Assembly (NCBI GenBank): GCA_963702895.1 | Contig: OY969767.1 | Coordinates: 2,112,001 to 2,176,000, forward strand | Direction: 5' to 3' | Origin: an uncultured Elusimicrobia bacterium | Lineage (GTDB): Bacteria > Elusimicrobiota > Elusimicrobia > 2-01-FULL-59-12 | DNA: 64,000 bases | Shown: positions 48,748 to 57,438 of the stretch, in pieces | Position numbering within the stretch: position 1 is the stretch's first letter | How the letters are laid out: each line of letters starts with the position of its first letter | Notes under the pieces: generated by a model | Databases searched by the model: none | Told to the model about the DNA's origin: nothing | What the model saw: only the letters and a program-made list of their open reading frames with translations | Translations under genes and position numbers: made by a program

Positions 48748-49497
48748 GTGAAATGCCATCTGCTCACCTGCGTCTCCCAGATGAAGGCGGCCGATGACCG
48801 GCAGATGGTGCGGCTGAGCCAAAATGCGAGCCCGAGCATCGAGAGATTCGTTCTCATCTCTAAGAGATTTCCCTTTATTGTCCTGCTCGGCTTAATCGGG
48901 CTGGCACAGATCGGAAGCGCCGCCACCTTTGAACTTGTGCCCCGGGTGGGCTACCGGTTCAACGGCAGTCGGGATCTTGCCTACCCCTATGATCACATGG
49001 ACATCACCAACGACGGCGCAATCGGCTTGTCCCTGGGGTATTTGACCCAAGACAATGGAGAAATCGAGCTCTCCTGGACACGCTCCGACACCGAGGTCAT
49101 CGGGGATCGCTCAGACGGATCGCCGGCTGAACACCTGGATGTCCGACTCGAACAGTACCACATCAACTTTATCCATATGCTTGATCCCGAGCCAACCCAG
49201 CGCTTCATATTGATCGGCCTGGGGGCCACGCGGTTCAACCCCACAGGCGACCGGGAATCGGCGCTTCGTTTCTCCTTTGCAATCGGGTGCGGAATGAAAT
49301 GGCTCTGGACCGACAACCTCGGCTTCCGTGTGGACGGACAAATGTCACCCTCTTTCACACCCAACGGCAGCACCTTCTTTTGCCAGGAAGACGGGGGTGG
49401 CGGGTGCTACACCACCGAATCCAACAGTTACTTCCACCGGACGTTTCCTTTCATTAACAGTTTCCAATTCACGGCGGGACTCCTCTTGCGCGTTTGA
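48748..49497 (+). CDS. Outer membrane beta-barrel protein (start uncertain)
   Basis: Signal-like segment, alternating beta pattern, GLGATRF, G.GMKW, terminal FTAGLLLRV. Confidence 0.7.
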   Translation: MKCHLLTCVSQMKAADDRQMVRLSQNASPSIERFVLISKRFPFIVLLGLIGLAQIGSAATFELVPRVGYRFNGSRDLAYPYDHMDITNDGAIGLSLGYLTQDNGEIELSWTRSDTEVIGDRSDGSPAEHLDVRLEQYHINFIHMLDPEPTQRFILIGLGATRFNPTGDRESALRFSFAIGCGMKWLWTDNLGFRVDGQMSPSFTPNGSTFFCQEDGGGGCYTTESNSYFHRTFPFINSFQFTAGLLLRV

Positions 49498-49521
49498 CAC
49501 GGTTTTTCCGTATGTCATAAT
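49494..49521 (+). promoter_or_regulatory. Sigma70-like promoter for the flavin reductase gene
   Basis: TTGACA-N16-CATAAT with an extended TG motif. Confidence 0.6.
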
Positions 49522-49537
49522 TTCAAGGGGTTTTCCG

Positions 49538-50083
49538 ATGCGAATTTCAGTTCCTCTCACAACGGCTTACCACCTCATCAATCATGGGGCTTGTCCGGTC
49601 ATCACCACCGGAGACGGCAAGCGTCGCGACGCCGCGCCCATCAATTGGACGATGCCGGTCTGCGATGATCCGTTTCTGGTCGCAATCGCAGTCGAAGACG
49701 GTATTTTTACGGATGAGCTCATCAAGGCGAACGGCGAGTTCGCGGTCAACGTCGTAGGCGAAGAGATGGCTGCCGAGGTGCTCGCGCTCGGGAAATGCTC
49801 CGGACGCAAGAAGGACAAATTCGAGGCCCTCCACATCGAACCGGCGGCTTGTCATACGATCAAGCCGCCGCGCCTCGCCCAGGCCAAGGCCCACGTGGAA
49901 TGCCAGGTGATCGAAAAACACCCTCTCCCTGGGGTTAATCTCTACATCGGAAAGGCCACCCATGCGGAGATCGAAGAGGACTGCTGGGACGGCCGGCAAG
50001 TCATTTTAGAGAAACTGCGCACGCTGCACCATATCGGTGGCGGGGTTTTCGCAGTGACGGATAAGGCGAAGAAGTACTCCTAA
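49538..50083 (+). CDS. Flavin reductase family protein
   Basis: AP..W.MPV, GEFAVNV, G.CSGR..DKF, ECQV, LHH.GGG.F. Confidence 0.88.
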   Translation: MRISVPLTTAYHLINHGACPVITTGDGKRRDAAPINWTMPVCDDPFLVAIAVEDGIFTDELIKANGEFAVNVVGEEMAAEVLALGKCSGRKKDKFEALHIEPAACHTIKPPRLAQAKAHVECQVIEKHPLPGVNLYIGKATHAEIEEDCWDGRQVILEKLRTLHHIGGGVFAVTDKAKKYS

Positions 50084-50123
50084 CGTCGAAAAGAGAGTTA
50101 AGGGGCGAAGGGAGAAGCGGCAA

Positions 50124-50351
50124 TTACGGCAAAGCAGGCTTGCCGCAGGCTAACTCATAGGCGATGCGAGCGGCGTCAGCCCGGTCAGAAAAATGGATGT
50201 CTGCCTCTCGAAGCGCTTGCATGAGAAGCGCGTGCAGATCGGCCCGCAAGAGCGCTATATCTTCGGAGAGGGCGGGCGTTAAGCTCCCAGCGCGTTCGTC
50301 AATCTCCACGCACCGTAAATAGGCTCTGGCAATTTCTTCCAACTTCACCAT
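50124..50351 (-). CDS. Small hypothetical protein
   Basis: 75 aa, AAGGAG RBS. Confidence 0.6.
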   Translation of the reverse strand: MVKLEEIARAYLRCVEIDERAGSLTPALSEDIALLRADLHALLMQALREADIHFSDRADAARIAYELACGKPALP

Positions 50352-50394
50352 AACTCCTTTGCGATATAGACAGCTAGACGGGTGAAGAGAGGTG

Positions 50395-52185
50395 TTACAT
50401 CGACTCCGGGGCGCTGACGCCCAAAAGGGCTAGACCCAGCTTCAGGATGGAGCGCGCCGCGGCGAGCAGCGCCAGGCGGGCCTGCGTGAGCCGGGGATCG
50501 TCCCCCAAGACCCGGTGGTGATCGTAAAAGAAATGGAATTGTTTGGACACCTGCATCAGGTAATTCGCCAAAGGATGCGGTGAGTCTTCCTGGGCGCAGA
50601 CGAGCAGCGCCTGCGGGAAGAGCGCTAGCCGTTTCATCAACTCCCGCTCTTCCTTTTCTTTCAATAACGTCAGAATAGCCAGAACGTCGGAATAGACAGA
50701 CGTCGGAATAAACGGAAGGCGGAAGGAACGCAGATCGGATCCGCCTTCTGTCGTTTCTGGCTTCTGTCTATTCTGCCTTCTGTCTATTCCGCCTTCTGTC
50801 TTTTCCGCCGTCTGTCTATTCTGCTGTCCGTCTACTCCGCCGCCCGTTTTTTCCGCCGCCTGCCTGAAGATCGAACAAATCCTCGCGTGAGCATACTGGA
50901 GGTAATAGACCGGGTTTTCGACCGTGTGCTTCTTGGCGAGCTCGAGGTCAAAATCGAGGGCGCTGTTCGGGCCCCGCATGGCGAAGAAAAACCGGCAGGC
51001 GTCTTTTCCTACTTCATCCAAGACGTCTCGCAGCGTAACAAATTCCCCCGCGCGCTTGGACATCATGACCGGCACGCCGTTTCGGGTGAGCGCCACCATC
51101 TGATTGAGGATCACATGAAGCTTGGAGGCGTCATAGCCCAGGGCCTGGACCGAGCCTTTGACGCGCGGCACGTAGCCGTGGTGATCGGCGCCCCATACAT
51201 CGATGAGCAGGTCATAGCCCCGCTCGTACTTGTCAGCGTGATAGGCGATGTCCGTCGCGAAATACGTCCAGCGCCCGTCGCGCTTCCTTAAAACCCGATC
51301 TTTGTCTTTGGTTTCCTCATCGCCTGTGGCCACAAACCACAAGGCGCCATCTTCTTCTTTCACGTGTCCGCGATCCGCGAGCACCTGGAGATGTTTTTCG
51401 ACAAGCCCCTTTTGGACGAGACTGGACTCGCTAAACCACGAATCAAAATGGACCCCAAAGGCCTCCAGGTCCTCTTTGAGCTTCTCCGTCATTGTCCTGA
51501 CCGCAAACAGAACGGCCTTCTCCAAGACCCGATCTCGAGCCGGCGCCTGAGCCACAAATTCCTTCGCGAGGTCCTTGACGTAATCCCCGCGGTAGCCGTT
51601 TTCAGGGAAAGGAACGGACTTGCCTTCAAGTTCCGCACAGCGGGCGAGGAGCGACTCCCCCAACATCTGGACTTGGTTGCCGGCATCGTTGATGTAGTAC
51701 TCCCGCGTGACCCCGTAGCCCAGGTGAGACAAGATGAGCGCCAGGGAATCCCCGAGGGCCGCTCCTCGGCCGTGGCCCACATGGAGCGGCCCGGTCGGGT
51801 TGGCGGAGACAAATTCAATGAGGATTTTTTGCCCCGCGGCGGCGCCGACGCGGCCGTAGCGCTGGTCCTCCTTGAGCAAGAGGGCCATCTCCTGCTGAAG
51901 AGCGGCGAGCGTCCAGCGAAAATTGATAAAGCCAGCCCCCGCGACGCTCACGCCTTCGATCATCGGCAGGGCCTTCTCAAAGAGCCCCTTGAGCTCTTCC
52001 GCCAGAGCACGCGGGGACTTCTTGAGCGGCTTGGCCAGAAGAAGCGGCAGGTTACAGGCGACATCGGCGTCAATGCCGGCCGGCGGCTCCTCGAGCGTGT
52101 AGGCCGGAAGCGCCGTCAAACCTTGGCTTCTGGCCCAGGGCTCCAGTTTCGCGTCTAACGCTTGGCGCAAGGCATCGAGCATCAT
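50395..52185 (-). CDS. argS: Arginine--tRNA ligase, with in-frame repeat insert
   Basis: EFVSANPTGPLHVGHGR, GADHHGY, MSKRAG, NPVYYLQYAHARI, APESM. Confidence 0.97.
   Translation of the reverse strand: MMLDALRQALDAKLEPWARSQGLTALPAYTLEEPPAGIDADVACNLPLLLAKPLKKSPRALAEELKGLFEKALPMIEGVSVAGAGFINFRWTLAALQQEMALLLKEDQRYGRVGAAAGQKILIEFVSANPTGPLHVGHGRGAALGDSLALILSHLGYGVTREYYINDAGNQVQMLGESLLARCAELEGKSVPFPENGYRGDYVKDLAKEFVAQAPARDRVLEKAVLFAVRTMTEKLKEDLEAFGVHFDSWFSESSLVQKGLVEKHLQVLADRGHVKEEDGALWFVATGDEETKDKDRVLRKRDGRWTYFATDIAYHADKYERGYDLLIDVWGADHHGYVPRVKGSVQALGYDASKLHVILNQMVALTRNGVPVMMSKRAGEFVTLRDVLDEVGKDACRFFFAMRGPNSALDFDLELAKKHTVENPVYYLQYAHARICSIFRQAAEKTGGGVDGQQNRQTAEKTEGGIDRRQNRQKPETTEGGSDLRSFRLPFIPTSVYSDVLAILTLLKEKEERELMKRLALFPQALLVCAQEDSPHPLANYLMQVSKQFHFFYDHHRVLGDDPRLTQARLALLAAARSILKLGLALLGVSAPESM
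50671..50861. repeat. Inverted 16-bp tandem arrays inside argS
   Basis: About 6-7 ttctgtctattccgcc-like units, preceded by about 3-4 reverse-complement units. Confidence 0.9.
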
Positions 52186-52538
52186 CGGCGTCTCCAGGTG
52201 ATGGGCTTGGCTTTTCCCCACAGTTTTTCCAGACGATAAAAGTGCCTCGCGTCCGGCAAAAGGAGATGGACAATGAAGCCGCCGTAATCGAGCACGATCC
52301 AGCGGCCCGCGGCGTGCCCTTCCTGATGGACCGGATCAAGGCCTTTGCGCTTTAAGGCGTCCAGGATGCTTGAGCGTATGGCCTTCATCTGGACCGTGCT
52401 CTCGGCGCCCGCCACCACGACATAGTCCGCCACATCGCTTTCTTTGCGAATGTCGAGGACGATCACATCCTGCGCCTTTTTCTCAAGCGCAGCTTCCGCG
52501 GCGTCTTTGGCCGCTTTCCGAAAATCAATACGCTTCAT
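52182..52538 (-). CDS. rsfS: Ribosome silencing factor
   Basis: EKKAQD..LD, W..LDYG..IVH, R.FY.LEKLW. Confidence 0.95.
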   Translation of the reverse strand: MKRIDFRKAAKDAAEAALEKKAQDVIVLDIRKESDVADYVVVAGAESTVQMKAIRSSILDALKRKGLDPVHQEGHAAGRWIVLDYGGFIVHLLLPDARHFYRLEKLWGKAKPITWRRR

Positions 52539-52550
52539 GAAACACCCACG

Positions 52551-53771
52551 TCACCATTTCCATTTCTTTTCCTGATGCCGAAAGTCGTTGCCAAGGATGA
52601 CATCCACATCCACGTGCAGCGAAGGCATGGGACGGCTCACGATTTCCGCGGCGACGTTTTCCTTCATCGCGTCGGCAACCGCCTGGGCGGGACGAAGGTC
52701 TCCCGAGCGGTCCACAATGAGGGTTTGGGACTGCCGGGTGGAGAAGTTTCCGATTTTAACAACATCAAAGCCGCTTTGACGAAGCAGGACCATCACATCC
52801 TTGGCCGCTTGGGGCCGGTCCGACGCGTTCCACACCTGAATGGTCGCCCTTCCCCGCCAGGACGCTCCCCCGGTGCCCGGCTCGGACACGCTCATCGATT
52901 CCATCGGAGACTGCATGATGGAGACGATGCGCTGCGTCGCATCGGGATCCATCTTCAGGAGCTGGCCCTTCGGCACGCCGGGCACTGACATCAAGCGAAT
53001 ATTCTTTCGGCTCACGCGCCGGCTCTCCAAAAGGAGCATCGCCATGTCCCAAGGCTGAAGATTGGTGTGAAAGCCCTTCATCACCTCCCCGGCATGCCGG
53101 GGCAACCGCCAGAGGACAGCCGGCCTCTTTAAGCGCTTGATCACCTCACGTAAAAAAATCTGTTGCCTGCGAATGCGGCCTTGGTCGGCGCTCTTCCCTC
53201 GGAAGCGCACGAATTCGAGCGCCTGCTTGCCGTTCATGAGGTACGTTCCTGTGTCAAAGTGAATGTGGAGGTTGCCCCAGTTGTCATCGTAGTGCATGGG
53301 TTCGGTCACTTTCATCGGGACCCCTCCGATGGCGTCGATCAAGGAGCGAAATCCGCCGTAGTCAATCGTGAAGTAGTAAGGAATCTCAAACCCCCGAGCG
53401 TTGCCCGAGGACAAGAGCGTCTCCACCACTTCCTTAACGGAAAGCGACGCAATCGCAAAATTCTTTCCGGAATGGCGGAACTCGTAGGTAAACACCTCGT
53501 TGATTCGCCGGACGGAAGGCATCTGCGGGATCGAGACCATGGTGTCACGCGGAACCGAGAGCACATCCAAAAACCTTGATTTCGGGTCGTAGGAAATGAC
53601 GATGAGCGTATCAGAATGTCTGGCGTAATCCTCGTAATCGCTGCCGATGAGGACCCCCCGGATGGGTTGTTCTTCGATCAGGGCCCGGCCCACAGGACTC
53701 TGCCAGGCCAGGACCGCGGTGATCAGGCACAGAAGGGTGCAGACGTACAGAAGGACGCGGTCGAGCTTCAT
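52551..53771 (-). CDS. LCP (LytR-CpsA-Psr) family protein with LytR_C domain
   Basis: GSD, SDT, SVPRDT, IDAIGGV, AL.FVRFR, D.GR.RRQ; C-terminal V.N...DV..ILG.DF. Confidence 0.9.
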   Translation of the reverse strand: MKLDRVLLYVCTLLCLITAVLAWQSPVGRALIEEQPIRGVLIGSDYEDYARHSDTLIVISYDPKSRFLDVLSVPRDTMVSIPQMPSVRRINEVFTYEFRHSGKNFAIASLSVKEVVETLLSSGNARGFEIPYYFTIDYGGFRSLIDAIGGVPMKVTEPMHYDDNWGNLHIHFDTGTYLMNGKQALEFVRFRGKSADQGRIRRQQIFLREVIKRLKRPAVLWRLPRHAGEVMKGFHTNLQPWDMAMLLLESRRVSRKNIRLMSVPGVPKGQLLKMDPDATQRIVSIMQSPMESMSVSEPGTGGASWRGRATIQVWNASDRPQAAKDVMVLLRQSGFDVVKIGNFSTRQSQTLIVDRSGDLRPAQAVADAMKENVAAEIVSRPMPSLHVDVDVILGNDFRHQEKKWKW

Positions 53772-54334
53772 TCGGGGCGTCGATACAAATGATGTTTCCG
53801 AATATAGCGTTCGACGGCCTCCGGCACCCGGTAGCGGATCGATCGGTGCCTGCGGACCCTGGAACGAATCTCGGAGCTGGCGTAGGAAGGAAGTCGCCCA
53901 GCCGGTATCAAGCGGCAGACGGCCTTGATCCGTTCGGGATGACGCCAGTTTCGGAGGGACCTCATGGCATCGGCGCCCAAGAGCAAGTAGAGGGAGGCCT
54001 TGGGATAACGCGCCTGAAAGTGTTCGGCCGTCTCATACGTATAGACCACCCGCCCGGCGCGAACTTCCCAGTCACTGAGGCCAAAGGCAGGATTTCCCCG
54101 AAGAGAAAGCCGCAGCATCGCCAGGCGATGAGCGGGGGAGGTGAGGAGTGCCTTTTTGTGCGGAGGCCGCCCGGAGGGCACAAAAATGACTCGGTCCAGA
54201 CGATAAGCCTCACGGGCGGCCTCCGCGATGATCAGGTGGCCGTTGTGGACGGGGTTAAAGGTGCCGCCAAAAAGCGCCAAGCGTATTTTGGATTTTGGAA
54301 TTTTGATTTTGGATTGTTGGCGCAGAGGGTTCAA
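53768..54334 (-). CDS. nadD: Nicotinate-nucleotide adenylyltransferase (start uncertain, lies in a repeat)
   Basis: FGGTFNPVHNGHL, PPHK, YT.ET, GADA, SSEIR, YI.KH.LY. Confidence 0.93.
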   Translation of the reverse strand: MNPLRQQSKIKIPKSKIRLALFGGTFNPVHNGHLIIAEAAREAYRLDRVIFVPSGRPPHKKALLTSPAHRLAMLRLSLRGNPAFGLSDWEVRAGRVVYTYETAEHFQARYPKASLYLLLGADAMRSLRNWRHPERIKAVCRLIPAGRLPSYASSEIRSRVRRHRSIRYRVPEAVERYIRKHHLYRRPE

Positions 54335-54437
54335 AATCCAAAATCCAAATTCCGAATTCTGAATTCCCGAATCCGAAATCCAAAATTCCAGACTTCATAT
54401 TCAAAATCCAAAATCCAAAATCCAAAATCCAAAATCG
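54286..54437. repeat. Inverted heptamer arrays (aaatcca)n between proA and nadD
   Basis: ttttgga units, then tccaaaa/tccgaaa units. Confidence 0.92.
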
Positions 54438-54440
54438 ACA

Positions 54441-55706
54441 TCATTCGCGGATTTGGCCCGTTCCGTGGACCACGTATTTCGTGGTCGTGAGTTCGCGGGC
54501 GCCCATCGTGCCGCGGGCGTGGAATTTACGCGTGGAAATGCCGATTTCCGCGCCAAGGCCGAAGACACCTCCGTCATGCATACGGGTCGAAGCGTTATGA
54601 AGGACGGCCGCCGAATCCACCTCCGCCAAAAAACGTCGGGCATGGGCCTCGTTCTGCGTGACAATGGCGTCCGTATGACCGGAGCCGTACCGATGAATAT
54701 GCTCGATGGCTTTTTCCAGAGAGTCCACCACGCGAAGGGAGACCGTCAAATCGAGATATTCGGCGGCCCAATCTTCCTCGGTCGCGGGTCGAGCGTGGGA
54801 GATCCATTTTTGTGTTTCTTCATCGCCGCGAATTTCAACCTTGGCCTCCGTATAGGCTTTGCCGATCACAGGAAGGAACGAAGACGCCACTTTGGAATGG
54901 ACGAGCAAGGTTTCCATGGCATTGCAAACACCAGGACGCTGGACTTTGGCGTTCATGGCGATTTTTTCTGCCATCGCCAAATCGGCCTCGTCGTCCACGT
55001 ACACATGGCAGACCCCTTTGCCGTGGCCCAAAACGGGGACTGTCGCGTTTTTCACGACGTGCTGGATCATCTCTTCGGAGCCTCGCGCGATCACAAGATC
55101 CACGAGTTGCGGCAGGCGAATGAGCTCCATGATGCTTTCCCGGTTGGTATCTTCCAAAAGCTGGACGGCGCCTTCCGGAGCGCCCGCCGACTGCAAGGCC
55201 TTATGGATTTGAGCGATCAGGCCACGGTTGGAATTGATCGCTTCCGAGCCCCCGCGCAAGATCACGGCATTGCCGGATTTCAGGCACAGGGCCGCGGCGT
55301 CGACCGTGACATTCGGACGGGACTCGAAAATCATCGCGACCACCCCGAGGGGCACGCGCACTTTCTCAATTCGCAGGCCGTTGGGACGTGTCCAGGACTG
55401 AAGCACCTCCCCGACCGGATCCGGCTGGTCGGCAATTTCCCGAACGCCCTGGGCCATGGCGTGGAGGCCCTTCTCGCTGATCTGCAAGCGGTCGATCAGG
55501 GTTTCCCCCAGGCCGGACTCCCGGGCTGCCTCGACATCGATCTCATTCCGGAAGAGGACGTCCTGGCCACCGGACTCCAGCGCCTGCGCGATGGCCAAAA
55601 GGATCTTGTTTTTTTCGGCACAAGACAGAAGAGCCAGGCGGCGGCTGGCCGCTTTGGCGAGATAAGCTTGACGCGCGACTTGTTCCGTGGTCGATGAAAC
55701 AACCAT
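54441..55706 (-). CDS. proA: Gamma-glutamyl phosphate reductase
   Basis: VPLGV, ESRPNVT, LRGGSEA, CNAMETLL, NASTR, GAEIGIST.K.HARG. Confidence 0.97.
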   Translation of the reverse strand: MVVSSTTEQVARQAYLAKAASRRLALLSCAEKNKILLAIAQALESGGQDVLFRNEIDVEAARESGLGETLIDRLQISEKGLHAMAQGVREIADQPDPVGEVLQSWTRPNGLRIEKVRVPLGVVAMIFESRPNVTVDAAALCLKSGNAVILRGGSEAINSNRGLIAQIHKALQSAGAPEGAVQLLEDTNRESIMELIRLPQLVDLVIARGSEEMIQHVVKNATVPVLGHGKGVCHVYVDDEADLAMAEKIAMNAKVQRPGVCNAMETLLVHSKVASSFLPVIGKAYTEAKVEIRGDEETQKWISHARPATEEDWAAEYLDLTVSLRVVDSLEKAIEHIHRYGSGHTDAIVTQNEAHARRFLAEVDSAAVLHNASTRMHDGGVFGLGAEIGISTRKFHARGTMGARELTTTKYVVHGTGQIRE

Positions 55707-55748
55707 TGGAAATGTATTTTACTATAATGGCTCCATCAAGGAGGTCGT

Positions 55749-56795
55749 ATGAAAAACACCATGGTCTCGCTCAGTCTTGCATTCCCCATCCTTTTGGCGC
55801 TGTCGCAGGTGGCCCGCGCGGAAGAAGCCGCAAAGGCACCAACTCCGATCGCGAAAATCGGTACCACCATTTTGACCGAAGAAGATTTACGCAAAGATAT
55901 GGGCATGAGCCTCTATGAGGCCGAAAATCAGCTTTATCAGATCAAGAAGAACTGGGTCGACCAAAAAGCGAAGGTGCTCCTGATGACCCAAGCCGCCAAG
56001 GACGCGAAACTCTCACTTCAGGAATGGACCAAAAAAGAAATTGATGAGAAAGTGACCCCGCCCACCCAGCAAGAGATTGATCAATGGGCGCCGCGCTTTG
56101 GTGTGCAAGGCAGCACCAAACAGCCAACGGAAGCGGACTATACCGCGATGAAGGAAAAAGCCAAGCAATACCTGCAGCAGCAACGGCGCTCCGCAAAAGA
56201 AACGGAGGTCTATCAGCGGCTGGTGGCCCAAAGCGGTGCTGTCGAGCTCTTATTTGCCAAGCCGGACGCTCCCCATATTGACGTTTCGTATACCGCCGAT
56301 GATCCCGTACGCGGCCCCAAATCAGCCCCGATCACCATCATCGAATTTACGGATTTCCAGTGCCCCTATTGCAAGCGCTCGCAGGACACGCTCAAAAAAG
56401 TCCTGGAAGTCTATGGCGACCAGGTCAAAATCGTTGAAAAGCAGTTTCCCCTGTCCTTCCACAACAGGGCCAAGCCCGCTGCTGAAGCGGTGCTCTGCGC
56501 CAAAGAACAAGGAAAGTTCTGGGAGATGCACAGCAAGGTGTTCCCAAGTCAATCCCTGGAAGACGCTGATTTTACGCGCTTCGCCACCGAGATCGGCCTC
56601 AACATGAAAAAGTTCAACAAGTGCTACACCGAGCACCGGATGGCGCCTCGCATCGACGCGGACATGGCCGAAGGACAGCGCGTCGGCGTCCGGGGCACGC
56701 CGCATTTCTTCATCAATGGCAGACCGATCAATGGCGCTCAGCCTTTTGAGGCGTTCAAGGCCATTATTGATGAAGAGCTAAGTAAGAAGAAGTAA
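55749..56795 (+). CDS. Exported DsbA-family protein with N-terminal helical (SurA-like) domain
   Basis: Signal peptide, EFTDFQCPYC, GTP.FFING, GAQP; AAGGAGG RBS. Confidence 0.88.
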   Translation: MKNTMVSLSLAFPILLALSQVARAEEAAKAPTPIAKIGTTILTEEDLRKDMGMSLYEAENQLYQIKKNWVDQKAKVLLMTQAAKDAKLSLQEWTKKEIDEKVTPPTQQEIDQWAPRFGVQGSTKQPTEADYTAMKEKAKQYLQQQRRSAKETEVYQRLVAQSGAVELLFAKPDAPHIDVSYTADDPVRGPKSAPITIIEFTDFQCPYCKRSQDTLKKVLEVYGDQVKIVEKQFPLSFHNRAKPAAEAVLCAKEQGKFWEMHSKVFPSQSLEDADFTRFATEIGLNMKKFNKCYTEHRMAPRIDADMAEGQRVGVRGTPHFFINGRPINGAQPFEAFKAIIDEELSKKK

Positions 56796-56809
56796 GAAAC
56801 GAGACAGGC

Positions 56810-57382
56810 CTAATAAAGACGGCGGGCTCCGGCGTAGTGAAGCTGGTAGTAGGGGTCCGATAAGCGTGTGATGGAGACGCGCTTGCGATCGCCAGGGGCG
56901 TGAATGAATTTATTACTTCCCGCATAGACACCGACGTGTGATATTCCTTTCTTGTAGGTATTCTTAAAAAATACGAGGTCGCCTTCCTTGAGTTCAGCGA
57001 GGCGTACAGGCTTTCCCGAATTGTAGAGGTCACGGCTGGCTCGAGGCACTTTCTTGAGTTGTAAATCCGACCACACGCGCACCACGAGCCCCGAACAATC
57101 CAATCCTTTCGTTTTCGACGTGCCCCCATACCGATAAGGCGCACCATAATACTGGATGGCCTGTTGGGCGATCTGTGTCCCCGTCGGGTTGGTCTTTGTC
57201 GCCGGCCGTCTCACCGTTTGTTTTGGGCGCGATGACTTTCGCGGGACCGCAACGGTCTTTTGGGTGTGGTTTTTCTGGGCGCTGAACCATGGCCGGCGCG
57301 AAGCTCTCGCGGCGTACAAGGGAGATGAAAATCCTGTCTCAAGAAGAAGGAAAAAGCTTAAGAGGACGGCGATTTTTCTCAT
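56810..57382 (-). CDS. NlpC/P60 (C40) peptidoglycan endopeptidase
   Basis: PYRYGG, GLDCSG, GDLVFF, SHVGVY, FIHA. Confidence 0.93.
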   Translation of the reverse strand: MRKIAVLLSFFLLLETGFSSPLYAARASRRPWFSAQKNHTQKTVAVPRKSSRPKQTVRRPATKTNPTGTQIAQQAIQYYGAPYRYGGTSKTKGLDCSGLVVRVWSDLQLKKVPRASRDLYNSGKPVRLAELKEGDLVFFKNTYKKGISHVGVYAGSNKFIHAPGDRKRVSITRLSDPYYQLHYAGARRLY

Positions 57383-57391
57383 GGGTGCACT

Positions 57392-57420
57392 AATGTAACG
57401 CCTGAAACTGCAAAAGTCAA
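57392..57420 (-). promoter_or_regulatory. Sigma70-like promoter for the NlpC/P60 gene
   Basis: TTGACT-N17-TACATT, 9 nt upstream of the ATG. Confidence 0.5.
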
Positions 57421-57438
57421 TCAAAAATACGCCACTTC

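Noticed and set aside
54286..54437. Tandem repeats considered as CRISPR or iteron/origin
   Set aside because: The units are contiguous 7-mers without spacers, and there are no DnaA boxes or rep gene.
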